DNA of 64,000 nucleotides from Christensenella sp. UBA5893 (GTDB lineage Bacteria; Bacillota; Clostridia; Christensenellales; UBA1242): NCBI GenBank assembly GCA_002431905.1, contig DJER01000007.1, positions 15,019 to 79,018 of the forward strand, read 5' to 3'. Shown piece by piece: positions 1 to 9,185 of this stretch (position 1 is its first letter; each line of letters starts with the position of its first letter). The notes under the pieces were generated by a model. It saw only the letters and a program-made list of their open reading frames with translations, ran no database searches and was not told where the DNA came from. The position numbers and the translations under genes were made by a program.

Positions 1-321
1 AATGCCAAAAGGTTCAACCTTGTCGGTGTATTCTTCATAAATTTTTCTTATACGTTTTGAGTATTTTTCATATATATCATGATGAGGTCTTACACAAACA
101 AGGTCAGGACATTTTTGTTTTGCTTGATATATAATGTCGCCAGTTTTAACACCAAAACTTTTGGCAAGGTTGTTTTTGGCAAGAACAATGCCATTACGTT
201 TTGACTTTTCACCGGTAACAGCAACAGGTAAGTCTTTTAGCGAAGGGTTCATTGCACATTCGCAAGATGCAAAAAAATTGTTTACATCGCAGTGAAGTAT
301 AATTTTGTGTTTTGTTTGCAT
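1..321 (-). CDS. dinB: DNA polymerase IV (Y-family), N-terminal part; gene continues past the left edge
   Basis: Own translation of the minus strand from ATG at 321-319 gives MQTKHKIILHCDVNNFFASCECAMNPSLKDLPVAV..., the D-x-D-x-FFAS-x-E opening typical of Y-family polymerases. AGGAGG lies just upstream. It is absent from the ORF track because there is no stop inside the window. Confidence 0.8.
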   Translation of the reverse strand, partial: MQTKHKIILHCDVNNFFASCECAMNPSLKDLPVAVTGEKSKRNGIVLAKNNLAKSFGVKTGDIIYQAKQKCPDLVCVRPHHDIYEKYSKRIRKIYEEYTDKVEPFGI

Positions 322-438
322 TTTTGCCCTCCTTTTTGGTATAATTGCTTTACACATATTATGTGGATATAGTTTGGTATTATGCTCAAACTGATAAAAG
401 TATTATAACACACATAATATGACAAAATAGGACAATTT

Positions 439-1725
439 ATGAAAATTTTATTTAAAAACGCAAAAATTTTAAATTTGGAAGATACAGCAAAATTTGAATT
501 TGGTAATGTTGTTGTAACAAACAACCTAATAAGTTATGTTGGCAAAGACATACCAAATGAAAGTTTTGACAAAATAATTGATGTTGAAGAAAATATATTG
601 ATGCCTGGGTTTGTTGACACTCATTGTCATAGTCCAATGACAATACTACGAAGCTTGAAAGATGATGCAAAGCTGGATGATTGGCTGTTTAACAATATGA
701 TACCAGCAGAAAGCAAATTAACACCAAAAGATATATACTGGGGCGAAAAACTTGCAGTTTTGGAATATTTGAGTGCAGGAATAACAACAATTGAAGAAGG
801 ATATTTTTTCAATGACGAGATTTGCAAAGCATTAAATGAATGTGAATTTAGGGCAAGAGTGGGTTTTGGACCAACAACAAGAGATGTTGGAATGAGCAAC
901 CAAGAGTATTTGGAAAAAGAATATAAAACCATAAAACAATATGAAAACACTGGACTAATTAAATCAAATTGCTTTATTCACTCAATCTACACAACAACAG
1001 ACGAGTTGATTTTAGAATGTGTAGATTTCACAGCAAAGCACAGTATCCCACTTTCAATACATCTTTGTGAAACATTGAAAGAAGTTGGCGATTGCACTGT
1101 TAAGAACAATGGCAAAACCCCACCGCAATATTTGGAAGATTTGGGGTTCTTTGACAAATACAACACTCTTTGCTATCATTGTGTGCATATGGACAAAGAC
1201 GATTTACAAATTCTTGCTGATTACAATTCAAGCGTATCAACTTGTCCATCAAGCAATATAAAACTCGCAAGTGGCATTGCTCCAATTTATGCAATGCAAA
1301 ACAAAGGTCTAAACATAACCATTGGGACTGATGGTGTTGCATCAAACAACAGTCTGGATATGTTTAAGGAAATGTTTTTGGTTGCAACATTAAGCAAAGT
1401 GAACATTTATAATGCCGAAGTCGTTTCTGCAAGTGATGTCCTAAAAATGGCAACTGTTAATGGCGCAAAAGCATTGGGGTTTAATTCTGGCGAGATAAAA
1501 GTTGGAAAACTTGCCGACATAATATTGATAAACATAAACAAGCCACATTACTATCCACAGCAAAACTTGATTTCAAATCTTGTTTATGCTGGCAAAAGCA
1601 GTGATGTTTACCTAACTATGGTAAATGGCAAAATAAAGTACTATAATGGCGAATATTTTATTGGCGAGCAAAAAGAAAAAATATATGACGAAGTCACAAA
1701 AATAAGGGAGAGAATTACAAAATGA
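439..1725 (+). CDS. mtaD: Amidohydrolase, 5-methylthioadenosine/S-adenosylhomocysteine deaminase-like
   Basis: 428-aa ORF with the HxH metal motif in LMPGFVDTHCHSPMT, plus IHLCET and GTDGVASNNSLDMFKEM, as in MtaD/TRZ-ATZ type deaminases. ATGA overlap with the next gene. Confidence 0.7.
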   Translation: MKILFKNAKILNLEDTAKFEFGNVVVTNNLISYVGKDIPNESFDKIIDVEENILMPGFVDTHCHSPMTILRSLKDDAKLDDWLFNNMIPAESKLTPKDIYWGEKLAVLEYLSAGITTIEEGYFFNDEICKALNECEFRARVGFGPTTRDVGMSNQEYLEKEYKTIKQYENTGLIKSNCFIHSIYTTTDELILECVDFTAKHSIPLSIHLCETLKEVGDCTVKNNGKTPPQYLEDLGFFDKYNTLCYHCVHMDKDDLQILADYNSSVSTCPSSNIKLASGIAPIYAMQNKGLNITIGTDGVASNNSLDMFKEMFLVATLSKVNIYNAEVVSASDVLKMATVNGAKALGFNSGEIKVGKLADIILININKPHYYPQQNLISNLVYAGKSSDVYLTMVNGKIKYYNGEYFIGEQKEKIYDEVTKIRERITK

Positions 1726-3896
1726 AAATAGACGAAACATTGTCAAGTGAATTTGGAATAAGATTGGATAGAGTTCAAAACATAATTGGACTTATTGATG
1801 AAGGTTGCACAATTCCTTTTATTGCAAGATACAGAAAGGAAATGACAGGAAGTTTGGACGACCAAGTGTTAAGAGAAGTTTTTGACAGGTTGACATACTT
1901 AAGAAACTTGGAAAAGAGAAAAGAAGAAGTCGAAAACTCTATAAAAGAGCAAGAAAAATGGACAGATGAACTCGCCGAAAAATTGTCAAATGCAAAAACA
2001 TTAACAGAAGTTGAAGATATTTATCGTCCATACAAGCCAAAGAGAAAAACAAGAGCATCAATTGCCATTGCAAAAGGTCTTGAACCACTTGCAGATATTT
2101 TGCAAGCACAAGAAATACGACAAGATATGTTGGAAGTTGCAAAAGACTATATAAATGAAGAAAAAGAAGTAAAAACAGCCGAAGAAGCTCTTGCTGGTGC
2201 AAAAGACATTGTTGCTGAAAGAATTAGTGATGACAGTGAACTTAGAAAAATGCTTCGTGAAATGCTTTTGGAAAAAGCCGATATCAAAACCGAACTTTTG
2301 GATCACGAAGGAAAAGAAACATACGAAATGTATGCTGACTACACAGAATCAGCTTGCAAGATGCCAAGCCATAGAATACTTGCCATAAATCGTGGAGAGA
2401 ACGAAGAATGTTTAAAGGTTAGTGTTGTTATTGACCCAAAAATCACAATTGCTCAAATTGAAGCACTATACCTAAAAGAAAATAAATACACATATGACAT
2501 AATGAAAGATGTGATACAAGATAGTTACGATAGACTTTTGTTTCCATCACTAGAAAGAGAACTTAGAACAACCTTAACTGACAGGGCAAACGAACAAGCA
2601 ATAAAAATGTTTGAAGTAAATTTAAGACCACTTTTGTTGCAAGCCCCATTAAAGAATAATGTTATTATGGGTTTTGACCCAGGATATAGAATGGGTTGCA
2701 AAATTGCAGTAATTGACAAAAAAGGCGATGTTTTGGATACTTCTGTTGTATATCCAACTCCACCAAAGAGTTTGACCGAAGAAAGTATTGAAATATTAAA
2801 GAAAATGATTGAAAAAAATCATGTAGACATTATCGCAATCGGTAATGGAACAGCAAGCAAAGAGAGTGAAATTTTTGTTTGTGAACTTATAAAACACATT
2901 TCATTCCCAGTAAGTTACGCAATGGTAAACGAAGCAGGAGCGTCTGTTTATAGTGCATCAAAACTTGGCGCACAAGAATTCCCTGACTATGATGTAAACC
3001 TTCGTAGTGCAGTAAGCATTGCAAGAAGACTTCAAGACCCACTTGCTGAACTTATCAAAATTGATGTAAAGAGCATTGGTGTTGGACAATATCAACACGA
3101 TATGCCACAAAACCGACTAACAGAAGTTTTAACTGGTGTTGTTGAAGATTGCGTTAACAGTGTTGGTGTTGACCTTAACACAGCATCTCCAAGTTTGCTT
3201 AGTTATGTTTCGGGAATGAACTCATCAATTGCAAAAAATGTTGTGGCTTATAGGTCAAAAATAAAACATTTTAATGACAGACAAGAACTTTTATCAGTTC
3301 CAAAACTTGGGCCAAAAGCATTTGAACAATGTGCAGGTTTTTTGCGTATCACAGATGGCGACAATGTGTTTGATAACACTGCTGTTCATCCAGAGAGTTA
3401 TGAGTCAGCACAAAAATTGTTAGATTACTTTAAATTAAACAAAGAAGATATAAAGGACGGCAAAATTGCAAACCTTTCATTATTAGTTAAAAATGAAGGC
3501 GAAGAAAAGGTTGCAAAGAAAATTGGTGTTGGTGTGCCAACTCTTCTTGATATGGTCGCTGAACTTACAAAACCAGGCAGAGATATTCGTGACACAATGC
3601 CAAAACCGGTTCTCCGTGCGGAACTTTTGTCACTTGAAGATCTTAAAGAAGGAATGATTCTTACGGGCACTGTTCGTAACGTTATTGACTTTGGTGCATT
3701 TGTTGATATTGGTGTTCATCAAGATGGACTTGTACACATTTCACAAATTTGTGACAGATATATCAAACACCCAAGTGAAGTATTGAAAGTTGGGGATATT
3801 GTAACAGTAAAAGTTATTGGCGTTGATGTTGCAAAAAAGAGAATTTCACTTTCTATGCGTGATATAGAAGAAAAGAAAGAAGACAAAAAGCAATAA
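1722..3896 (+). CDS. tex: Tex-like transcription accessory protein with C-terminal S1 RNA-binding domain
   Basis: 724 aa. N-terminus contains IPFIARYRKEMTGSLDD. C-terminal S1 domain contains GTVRNVIDFGAFVDIGVHQDGLVHISQI. Confidence 0.9.
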   Translation: MKIDETLSSEFGIRLDRVQNIIGLIDEGCTIPFIARYRKEMTGSLDDQVLREVFDRLTYLRNLEKRKEEVENSIKEQEKWTDELAEKLSNAKTLTEVEDIYRPYKPKRKTRASIAIAKGLEPLADILQAQEIRQDMLEVAKDYINEEKEVKTAEEALAGAKDIVAERISDDSELRKMLREMLLEKADIKTELLDHEGKETYEMYADYTESACKMPSHRILAINRGENEECLKVSVVIDPKITIAQIEALYLKENKYTYDIMKDVIQDSYDRLLFPSLERELRTTLTDRANEQAIKMFEVNLRPLLLQAPLKNNVIMGFDPGYRMGCKIAVIDKKGDVLDTSVVYPTPPKSLTEESIEILKKMIEKNHVDIIAIGNGTASKESEIFVCELIKHISFPVSYAMVNEAGASVYSASKLGAQEFPDYDVNLRSAVSIARRLQDPLAELIKIDVKSIGVGQYQHDMPQNRLTEVLTGVVEDCVNSVGVDLNTASPSLLSYVSGMNSSIAKNVVAYRSKIKHFNDRQELLSVPKLGPKAFEQCAGFLRITDGDNVFDNTAVHPESYESAQKLLDYFKLNKEDIKDGKIANLSLLVKNEGEEKVAKKIGVGVPTLLDMVAELTKPGRDIRDTMPKPVLRAELLSLEDLKEGMILTGTVRNVIDFGAFVDIGVHQDGLVHISQICDRYIKHPSEVLKVGDIVTVKVIGVDVAKKRISLSMRDIEEKKEDKKQ

Positions 3897-3907
3897 ATTG
3901 TTGACTA

Positions 3908-3936
3908 TTGACAATAATTATGCATAGTGTTACAAT
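3908..3936 (+). promoter_or_regulatory. SigA-type promoter of the small-membrane-protein array (TTGACA-17 nt-TACAAT)
   Basis: TTGACA at 3908-3913, 17-nt spacer, TACAAT at 3931-3936. The spacer core ATGCATAGTGT recurs in the promoter at 4746. Confidence 0.55.
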
Positions 3937-3959
3937 TGTAAGTGAAAAGGAAGGATTTT

Positions 3960-4313
3960 ATGAGTAGGAAAAAAACATACAAAATTTATGGAGTTTTGAG
4001 TAAATTGGTTGCGATTGTCGGTATTGGACTTGGAACTGGTTTAATCGTTTTTGGAATTCTTAATTCATCACTAGCAGTTGCCATTCCATCACTCGTTGGA
4101 GGATTTTTGTTGGGTGTTGCTGGAATTACTGGTTCTGTTATTTTGGAAGACAAAGAAAAGAAGGCAAAAGGTGCAAAGCATCACAACCACAGAAACCAAT
4201 ACACTGTTGAAAGTTTGGAAAATGAACAACAAAACAATGTTGAAAAAACAAATACTGTAAACACAAAAACAACAGAAGTTACAAACGAAAAAGATAACGG
4301 AATGGAATTATAA
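3960..4313 (+). CDS. Small two-TM membrane protein, paralog 1 of 3 (C-terminus ...KDNGMEL)
   Basis: Start moved to the ATG at 3960, which is preceded by AAGGAAGGA. Basic N-terminus, G/A/I/L-rich hydrophobic hairpin, N/T/K/E-rich tail. Paralogous to the ORFs at 4333 and 4809. Confidence 0.6.
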   Translation: MSRKKTYKIYGVLSKLVAIVGIGLGTGLIVFGILNSSLAVAIPSLVGGFLLGVAGITGSVILEDKEKKAKGAKHHNHRNQYTVESLENEQQNNVEKTNTVNTKTTEVTNEKDNGMEL

Positions 4314-4332
4314 GAGTAAAGGAAGAAATTTT

Positions 4333-4698
4333 ATGAAAAAATCAAAGAAATTAAGAATTTGGTCAAACGTTGTTGGTGCACTTGGCATATTGGCAACATT
4401 GGCACTTATTGGTGTTGGCGTTTCATTGGCAGGAGTTGCAGCAATTCCAAGTTTTGTACCATACATTATGATTGGGGTTTCTTTGCTCGCTGGAGTAGGA
4501 GCATTTGCAGGTTGTGCAAAGTTAGATAAACTTGCAGGTCAAGAATTGTACAAAGAAACACATAAAGACCCAAGAACTCTTGAAGAAATCTTTACAGGTT
4601 CAAAAGAAAATGTTGTAAAAAATGAATCAACAACACAAGTTGTAAAATCACAAAATTTTGATAATTCAAAATCAAATGATGACGAAATAACATTGTAA
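4333..4698 (+). CDS. Small two-TM membrane protein, paralog 2 of 3
   Basis: Same architecture as 3960..4313. AAAGGAAG RBS. Tail ends DDEITL. Confidence 0.6.
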   Translation: MKKSKKLRIWSNVVGALGILATLALIGVGVSLAGVAAIPSFVPYIMIGVSLLAGVGAFAGCAKLDKLAGQELYKETHKDPRTLEEIFTGSKENVVKNESTTQVVKSQNFDNSKSNDDEITL

Positions 4699-4705
4699 AA
4701 AATTT

Positions 4706-4733
4706 GCTTACCAAAAATTGGTAAGCTTTTTTT
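4706..4733 (+). terminator. Intrinsic terminator
   Basis: GCTTACC/GGTAAGC stem, 7-nt loop, T7 run. Confidence 0.75.
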
Positions 4734-4745
4734 AAAAATTGGGTA

Positions 4746-4774
4746 TTGACAAAATGCATAGTGTATATTACTAT
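4746..4774 (+). promoter_or_regulatory. SigA-type promoter (TTGACA-17 nt-TACTAT), duplicate of the one at 3908
   Basis: TTGACA at 4746-4751, 17-nt spacer containing ATGCATAGTGT, TACTAT at 4769-4774. Confidence 0.55.
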
Positions 4775-4808
4775 GTAGGTAATAATAAAAAAAGGGAGAA
4801 ATATAAAA

Positions 4809-5153
4809 ATGAAGAAATTCAAAATTTTATCAAAAGTATTTTCAGCTTTGGCAGCAATTCCAGTAGGATTGTTTGTATATGGATTATCAATGTTAATTCT
4901 TACACATGCATTCTTGGCATTGCCATTGATTGGGGGTGGAATTCTTGCTCTTGCTTTTGGTGGTGCTTCAATATTCTGCGAATCAAAAGCAAAGAATCTT
5001 GAAAAGAAAGAAAAAGAAGGTTACACTGTTGAAAAACTTGATGTAAAAGAAAATTCAAAGACCGCTACACAAGAAAATGTAAAAACTCAAGAACACACAA
5101 ACCAAAAGACAAATGACAAAAATAACAACAAAGACAATGGAATGGAGTTATAA
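4809..5153 (+). CDS. Small two-TM membrane protein, paralog 3 of 3 (C-terminus ...KDNGMEL)
   Basis: GGGAG RBS. Same architecture as the other two. Its last 6 residues are identical to those of paralog 1. Confidence 0.6.
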   Translation: MKKFKILSKVFSALAAIPVGLFVYGLSMLILTHAFLALPLIGGGILALAFGGASIFCESKAKNLEKKEKEGYTVEKLDVKENSKTATQENVKTQEHTNQKTNDKNNNKDNGMEL

Positions 5154-5173
5154 TATTTGAGATTAAATAAAAT

Positions 5174-5213
5174 AGGCGAACTTTTGTACAAACAAATGGT
5201 TCGCCTTGTTTTT
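5174..5213 (+). terminator. Intrinsic terminator
   Basis: AGGCGAAC/GTTCGCCT stem followed by a T-rich run. Confidence 0.7.
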
Positions 5214-5282
5214 ATATAAAAAAATACCAAATTTGCCATAAAATAATTTGCAAAACTAGACTAGGTGTGCCATAATACCAAT

Positions 5283-6032
5283 ATGAGAAAAAAACAGAGT
5301 TTTTTAGACGAGAAAATAAGCAAAAGGAAATTTGATGCTTTTAATATAATAAGCAATATGATGTTTATTGGACTTTTGGTTTTATTTATAATTGTTTTAT
5401 CAAAATGTATCTCAGATATGATAAATGCCGAAAATCCAAGTGATTTTGTTGTGCCACTAATAATGCGTTTGTGTGCAATAATCTTGACAATTTTACCATA
5501 TGTTATTGCCAGAATTTGCAAACTTAATTATCCAAAAATTGTTATTATTATGTATTATTTATTTTTATTTTTGAGTTTGTATTTAGGTACATTTTTGGGT
5601 TTATATATTCAAGCTCCATTATACAATAGATTCGTGCATTCTTATGGTGGCTTATTCCTTGGCATAATTTCAATGTTTTTTGTAAGACTAATCAACAAGG
5701 ATAGAACAAAAAACTTGCACCCAATGTTAGTATTTTTATTCGTTTTTGTTTTTTCAATGGGGTTTGGAGCCTGTTGGGAGATTTGGGAATTTACTGGCGA
5801 CAAGATATTTGGACTAAATATGCAAATATTTATGAAAGACGGTGTTGAACTTGTTGGCAGAGAAGCATTAAAGGATACTATGTTTGATATTATTTGCAAT
5901 TTTATTGGTGCAATAATAAGTGCAACAATTTGTGCAGTGTCATCATGTAAGTTTAGTGATTACATTGACTACTTTAAAATAACAAAAAAAGAAAATAAAA
6001 AATCAACTGAAATAGAAGAAATTGAGGAATAA
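5283..6032 (+). CDS. Polytopic membrane protein of unknown function
   Basis: Multiple hydrophobic helices. Contains GFGACWEIWEFTGD. The start is uncertain because the RBS is poor. Confidence 0.5.
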   Translation: MRKKQSFLDEKISKRKFDAFNIISNMMFIGLLVLFIIVLSKCISDMINAENPSDFVVPLIMRLCAIILTILPYVIARICKLNYPKIVIIMYYLFLFLSLYLGTFLGLYIQAPLYNRFVHSYGGLFLGIISMFFVRLINKDRTKNLHPMLVFLFVFVFSMGFGACWEIWEFTGDKIFGLNMQIFMKDGVELVGREALKDTMFDIICNFIGAIISATICAVSSCKFSDYIDYFKITKKENKKSTEIEEIEE

Positions 6033-6034
6033 TT

Positions 6035-7441
6035 ATGAAAATTTATAACGTGTTACACAGAAGAAAAGAAGAGTTTGTTCCAATTGATGGAAACAATGTA
6101 AAGATGTATGTTTGTGGAATGACTGTCAATGGCGAGCCACACCTAGGTCACGCAAGACAAGTTATCACTTTTGATATGATTTCACAATATTTGAGATACA
6201 AGGGTTACAATGTAACTTATGCATCAAACTATACCGATATTGATGATAGAATAATTAACCAATCGAAAGAAATGGGAATTTCACCACTTGAACTTGCCGA
6301 CAAACGCATTGAAATAATCAACAAAGTTATGTCAAAAATTAGTGTGACAGAACCAAATTACAGACCAAGAGTTACAAAATGTATACCAGAAATTATCACA
6401 TTTGTTAGCGATTTGATAAACAAAGGTTACGCATATCCAACAAAGAATGGCGATGTATATTTTTGTGTAAAAAAATATAAAGGTTATGGTCAACTTTCAA
6501 ACAGGAAAATTGACGAACTTATCAACTCTGTTCGTATTGAATCTAGTGAAGAAAAAAATGACCCTCTTGATTTTGCTCTTTGGAAAGCTGTAAAAGAAGA
6601 TGAATTTGGTTGGGATTCTCCTTGGGGGAAAGGCAGACCGGGTTGGCATATCGAATGTTCAACAATGATAAAAAAATTCTTGGGCGATAAAATTGATATT
6701 CATGGTGGTGGAAAAGATTTGGTATTCCCACATCATGAAAATGAACTTGCTCAATCAACTTGTGAAAATGGTTGTGAACTTGCAAATTTTTGGGTACACA
6801 ATGGACTTATAGTTGTTGATGGTCAAAAAATGAGCAAAAGTATGAACAATTTTGTTTTGTTAAAAGATTTGTTAGAAATTTATAACCCAGAAGTTATTAG
6901 ATATGCATTTATTTTAAACCATTACACATCAACCCTTGACCTTGGCGATAATGCTTTTAAGCAAGCTGAAAAAAGTATGTACTATTTCTATAATGTTTTA
7001 AATAATATAAACAAAGCATTGCAAGGAAAAGAATACACACATAATGATAGCATTGTAAAAATATTTGAAAGTTGTATGGATGACGATTTTAACAGTGCAA
7101 AATTGCTGGCTGAACTATTTACAATTTGTGGAAAGCTTGGAAAATACAAAGATTTAACCTTGGTTGCAAGTCTAAAATATGCAATAGACCAATTTAAAGA
7201 TATTTTGGGATTATTTATGCAAGACCCTCAAGAGTTTTTGGATGAAATAAAAAATAAATATGTAAAACAACTTAACCTAAATGTAAGCGCTATAGAAAAA
7301 CAAATAGAGTTAAGAAATCTCGCAAAGCAAGAAAAGAACTATGCCGAAAGTGACAGAATAAGAGATGAACTTTTGGCAAAGGGAATTATGCTTAAAGATA
7401 CCGTAGACGGCACAATGTGGGATATTAAACAATTATACTAA
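6035..7441 (+). CDS. cysS: Cysteine--tRNA ligase
   Basis: HIGH-type motif (HLGHAR), KMSKS motif (QKMSKSMNN), and a CWHIEC-like motif (GWHIECS). Confidence 0.95.
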   Translation: MKIYNVLHRRKEEFVPIDGNNVKMYVCGMTVNGEPHLGHARQVITFDMISQYLRYKGYNVTYASNYTDIDDRIINQSKEMGISPLELADKRIEIINKVMSKISVTEPNYRPRVTKCIPEIITFVSDLINKGYAYPTKNGDVYFCVKKYKGYGQLSNRKIDELINSVRIESSEEKNDPLDFALWKAVKEDEFGWDSPWGKGRPGWHIECSTMIKKFLGDKIDIHGGGKDLVFPHHENELAQSTCENGCELANFWVHNGLIVVDGQKMSKSMNNFVLLKDLLEIYNPEVIRYAFILNHYTSTLDLGDNAFKQAEKSMYYFYNVLNNINKALQGKEYTHNDSIVKIFESCMDDDFNSAKLLAELFTICGKLGKYKDLTLVASLKYAIDQFKDILGLFMQDPQEFLDEIKNKYVKQLNLNVSAIEKQIELRNLAKQEKNYAESDRIRDELLAKGIMLKDTVDGTMWDIKQLY

Positions 7442-7455
7442 AAGGAAAAGAAAAA

Positions 7456-8550
7456 ATGAAAATTGGAGTTGTGGGACTACCAAATGTTGGTAAAAGTACA
7501 CTATTTAATGCAATAACAGAAGCGGGGGCAGAAAGTGCAAATTATCCATTTTGCACAATCGAACCAAATGTTGGTGTTGTTGATGTAAAAGATGAAAGAT
7601 TGAATGTTTTGGCAAAAATGTATAACTCAAAAAAGATAACACCTGCATCAATAGAGTTTGTTGATATTGCAGGTCTTGTTGCCGGTGCAAGCAAAGGCGA
7701 AGGTCTTGGAAACAAGTTCCTAAGCCACATAAGAGAAGTTGACGCAATATGCCATGTTGTTCGTTGCTTTGATGACCCAAACATTATAAATGTTAATGCA
7801 ACCGTTGACCCAATAAGAGATATAGAAATAATCAATTTGGAGCTTATTTTAAGCGATTTGGACACTGTTTCAAAGCGTTATGATAAATTATATAAACTTG
7901 CTCGTGTTGGCGAAAAACAAAGCGAAAAAGAGCTTGCAATTTTGTTAAAACTAAAAACAGCATTAGAAGAAGGGAAATGTGCAAGAACAGTAAAGTTTAC
8001 TGATGAAGAAGACCAAAAAATTGTTAATTCATTTTTCTTGCTAACAACAAAACCTGTTATATATTGTGCAAACATTTCTGAAAACGATATTGGGAATGAA
8101 GACAATGAATATGTAAAAAAAGTTCGTGAATATGCAAAAAATGAAGGTGCTGAAACAATTGCCCTTTGTGCAAAGATAGAAGAAGAATTAACAAAACTTG
8201 ACAAAGACGAAAGAGAAATGTTCAAAGAAGAACTTGGAATAAAAGAAAGTGGACTAGACAAGTTGGTTACAGCATCATATAGTTTGCTTGGGCTTATGAG
8301 TTATCTAACAGCTGGCGAAACAGAAGTTCGTGCTTGGACAATCAAAAAAGGGACAAAAGCTCCACAAGCAGCAGGGAAAATACATACAGACTTTGAAAAA
8401 GGGTTTATAAAAGCCGAAGTTGTAAAGTATGACGATTTGGTTGAAGCTGGTTCATATAACAATGCTCGTGAAAAGGGTAAGGTTAGGATAGAAGGCAAAG
8501 ACTATGTTGTGGAAGATGGGGATGTTATGTTGTTCCGTTTCAACGTATAA
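7456..8550 (+). CDS. ychF: Ribosome-binding ATPase YchF
   Basis: MKIGVVGLPNVGKSTLFNA G1 motif; C-terminal ...DGDVMLFRFNV. Confidence 0.95.
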   Translation: MKIGVVGLPNVGKSTLFNAITEAGAESANYPFCTIEPNVGVVDVKDERLNVLAKMYNSKKITPASIEFVDIAGLVAGASKGEGLGNKFLSHIREVDAICHVVRCFDDPNIINVNATVDPIRDIEIINLELILSDLDTVSKRYDKLYKLARVGEKQSEKELAILLKLKTALEEGKCARTVKFTDEEDQKIVNSFFLLTTKPVIYCANISENDIGNEDNEYVKKVREYAKNEGAETIALCAKIEEELTKLDKDEREMFKEELGIKESGLDKLVTASYSLLGLMSYLTAGETEVRAWTIKKGTKAPQAAGKIHTDFEKGFIKAEVVKYDDLVEAGSYNNAREKGKVRIEGKDYVVEDGDVMLFRFNV

Positions 8551-8679
8551 AAAAACGCAAAATTATGGGCATCTTCTTTGTTTCTGCATAACAAAATGCC
8601 GACAGTCATTTGGGTAACCAAACTCCTGCCGGCATATATTATGCGAGCCTCGAATATGTCGCCTAATTTTGCGTTTTTT
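8549..8679. other. ~130-nt element closed by a 15-bp long-range stem with nested hairpins; unclassified structured RNA or an insertion in the ychF terminator
   Basis: AAAAACGCAAAATTA (8551-8565) pairs with TAATTTTGCGTTTTT (8664-8678). Inside it, ATGCCGACAG/CTGCCGGCAT encloses TTTGG-GTAA-CCAAA. Confidence 0.4.
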
Positions 8680-8685
8680 ATTATT

Positions 8686-8866
8686 CTATTGTCATTTCGA
8701 CTGTCGACCCCAACGACTCACTTTGGAGAAATCTCTTCATCTTTAAGTAGTTGGGATTTCTCGTGAGTGGGTTCGAAGATGCCACACTCGAAATGACTAT
8801 TTTTATATTATATTGTCATTTCGACCTCGACATCCTTGACTGGCTTTGGAGAAATCTCAACATCAT
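8686..8866. repeat. Two ~55-nt direct repeats (ATTGTCATTTCGAC...CTTTGGAGAAATCTC), the first forming one arm of a ~120-nt imperfect hairpin
   Basis: Copies at about 8686-8745 and 8808-8866, roughly 75% identical by eye. GTCATTTCGA (8690s) pairs with TCGAAATGAC (8800s), and GAGAAATC pairs with GATTTCTC. Confidence 0.6.
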
Positions 8867-8903
8867 AAAAAAGAACTCAAAGTGTGATTACTTTGAGTTT
8901 TTT
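8867..8903. terminator. Bidirectional intrinsic terminator
   Basis: 10-bp stem AACTCAAAGT/ACTTTGAGTT flanked by an A-run and a T-run. Confidence 0.75.
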
Positions 8904-9111
8904 AATAATCTTTTCTACCAATAAGATAGTCAACATCAACATTAAAGAAATCGGCAAGAAGCCATAAACTTGTGATACTTGGCTCTTTTTTCCCGCTTAA
9001 CCATTCACTGACATTACTTTGGTGCATACCAAGAGCATTTGCCAGTTTTGTTTGTGTTAAGTTCTGTTCTTTCATAAGTTCAGCAATTCTTTGCGATATT
9101 TTTATTTCCAT
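8902..9111 (-). CDS. XRE-family helix-turn-helix transcriptional regulator
   Basis: 69 aa. LTQTKLANALGMHQSNVSEWLSGKKEPSITSLWLLADFFNVDVDYL is a classic Cro/CI-type HTH. Confidence 0.85.
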   Translation of the reverse strand: MEIKISQRIAELMKEQNLTQTKLANALGMHQSNVSEWLSGKKEPSITSLWLLADFFNVDVDYLIGRKDY

Positions 9112-9114
9112 TAC

Positions 9115-9175
9115 TTGACATTATATCCCTTTGGAGATATAATATACACATATATCTCTATGGAGATAATAAAAA
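9115..9175. promoter_or_regulatory. Divergent promoter/operator region: TTGACA-17-TATAAT plus two GGAGATA-containing palindromes
   Basis: TTGACA at 9115-9120 with TATAAT 17 nt downstream. TATCTC-TATG-GAGATA is a perfect inverted repeat, and there is an imperfect copy, TATATCC-CTTT-GGAGATATA. Confidence 0.45.
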
Positions 9176-9185
9176 GGAGAAAGTT

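Noticed and set aside
8549-8679. Small SRP (4.5S) RNA, because of the long closing stem and GNRA-capped helix
   Set aside because: The conserved SRP domain IV features are not present on either strand: the 5' side GGUCAGG-type and 3' side AGCA asymmetric loops flanking the tetraloop.
8578-8766. 62-aa plus-strand ORF in the ychF-XRE intergenic region
   Set aside because: It has no RBS, runs across the predicted stems and repeats, and its composition is atypical for this genome's proteins.
8686-8866. CRISPR array
   Set aside because: There are only two imperfect (~75%) repeats of ~55 nt, and no cas genes. One copy is part of a long hairpin. This is not CRISPR-like.
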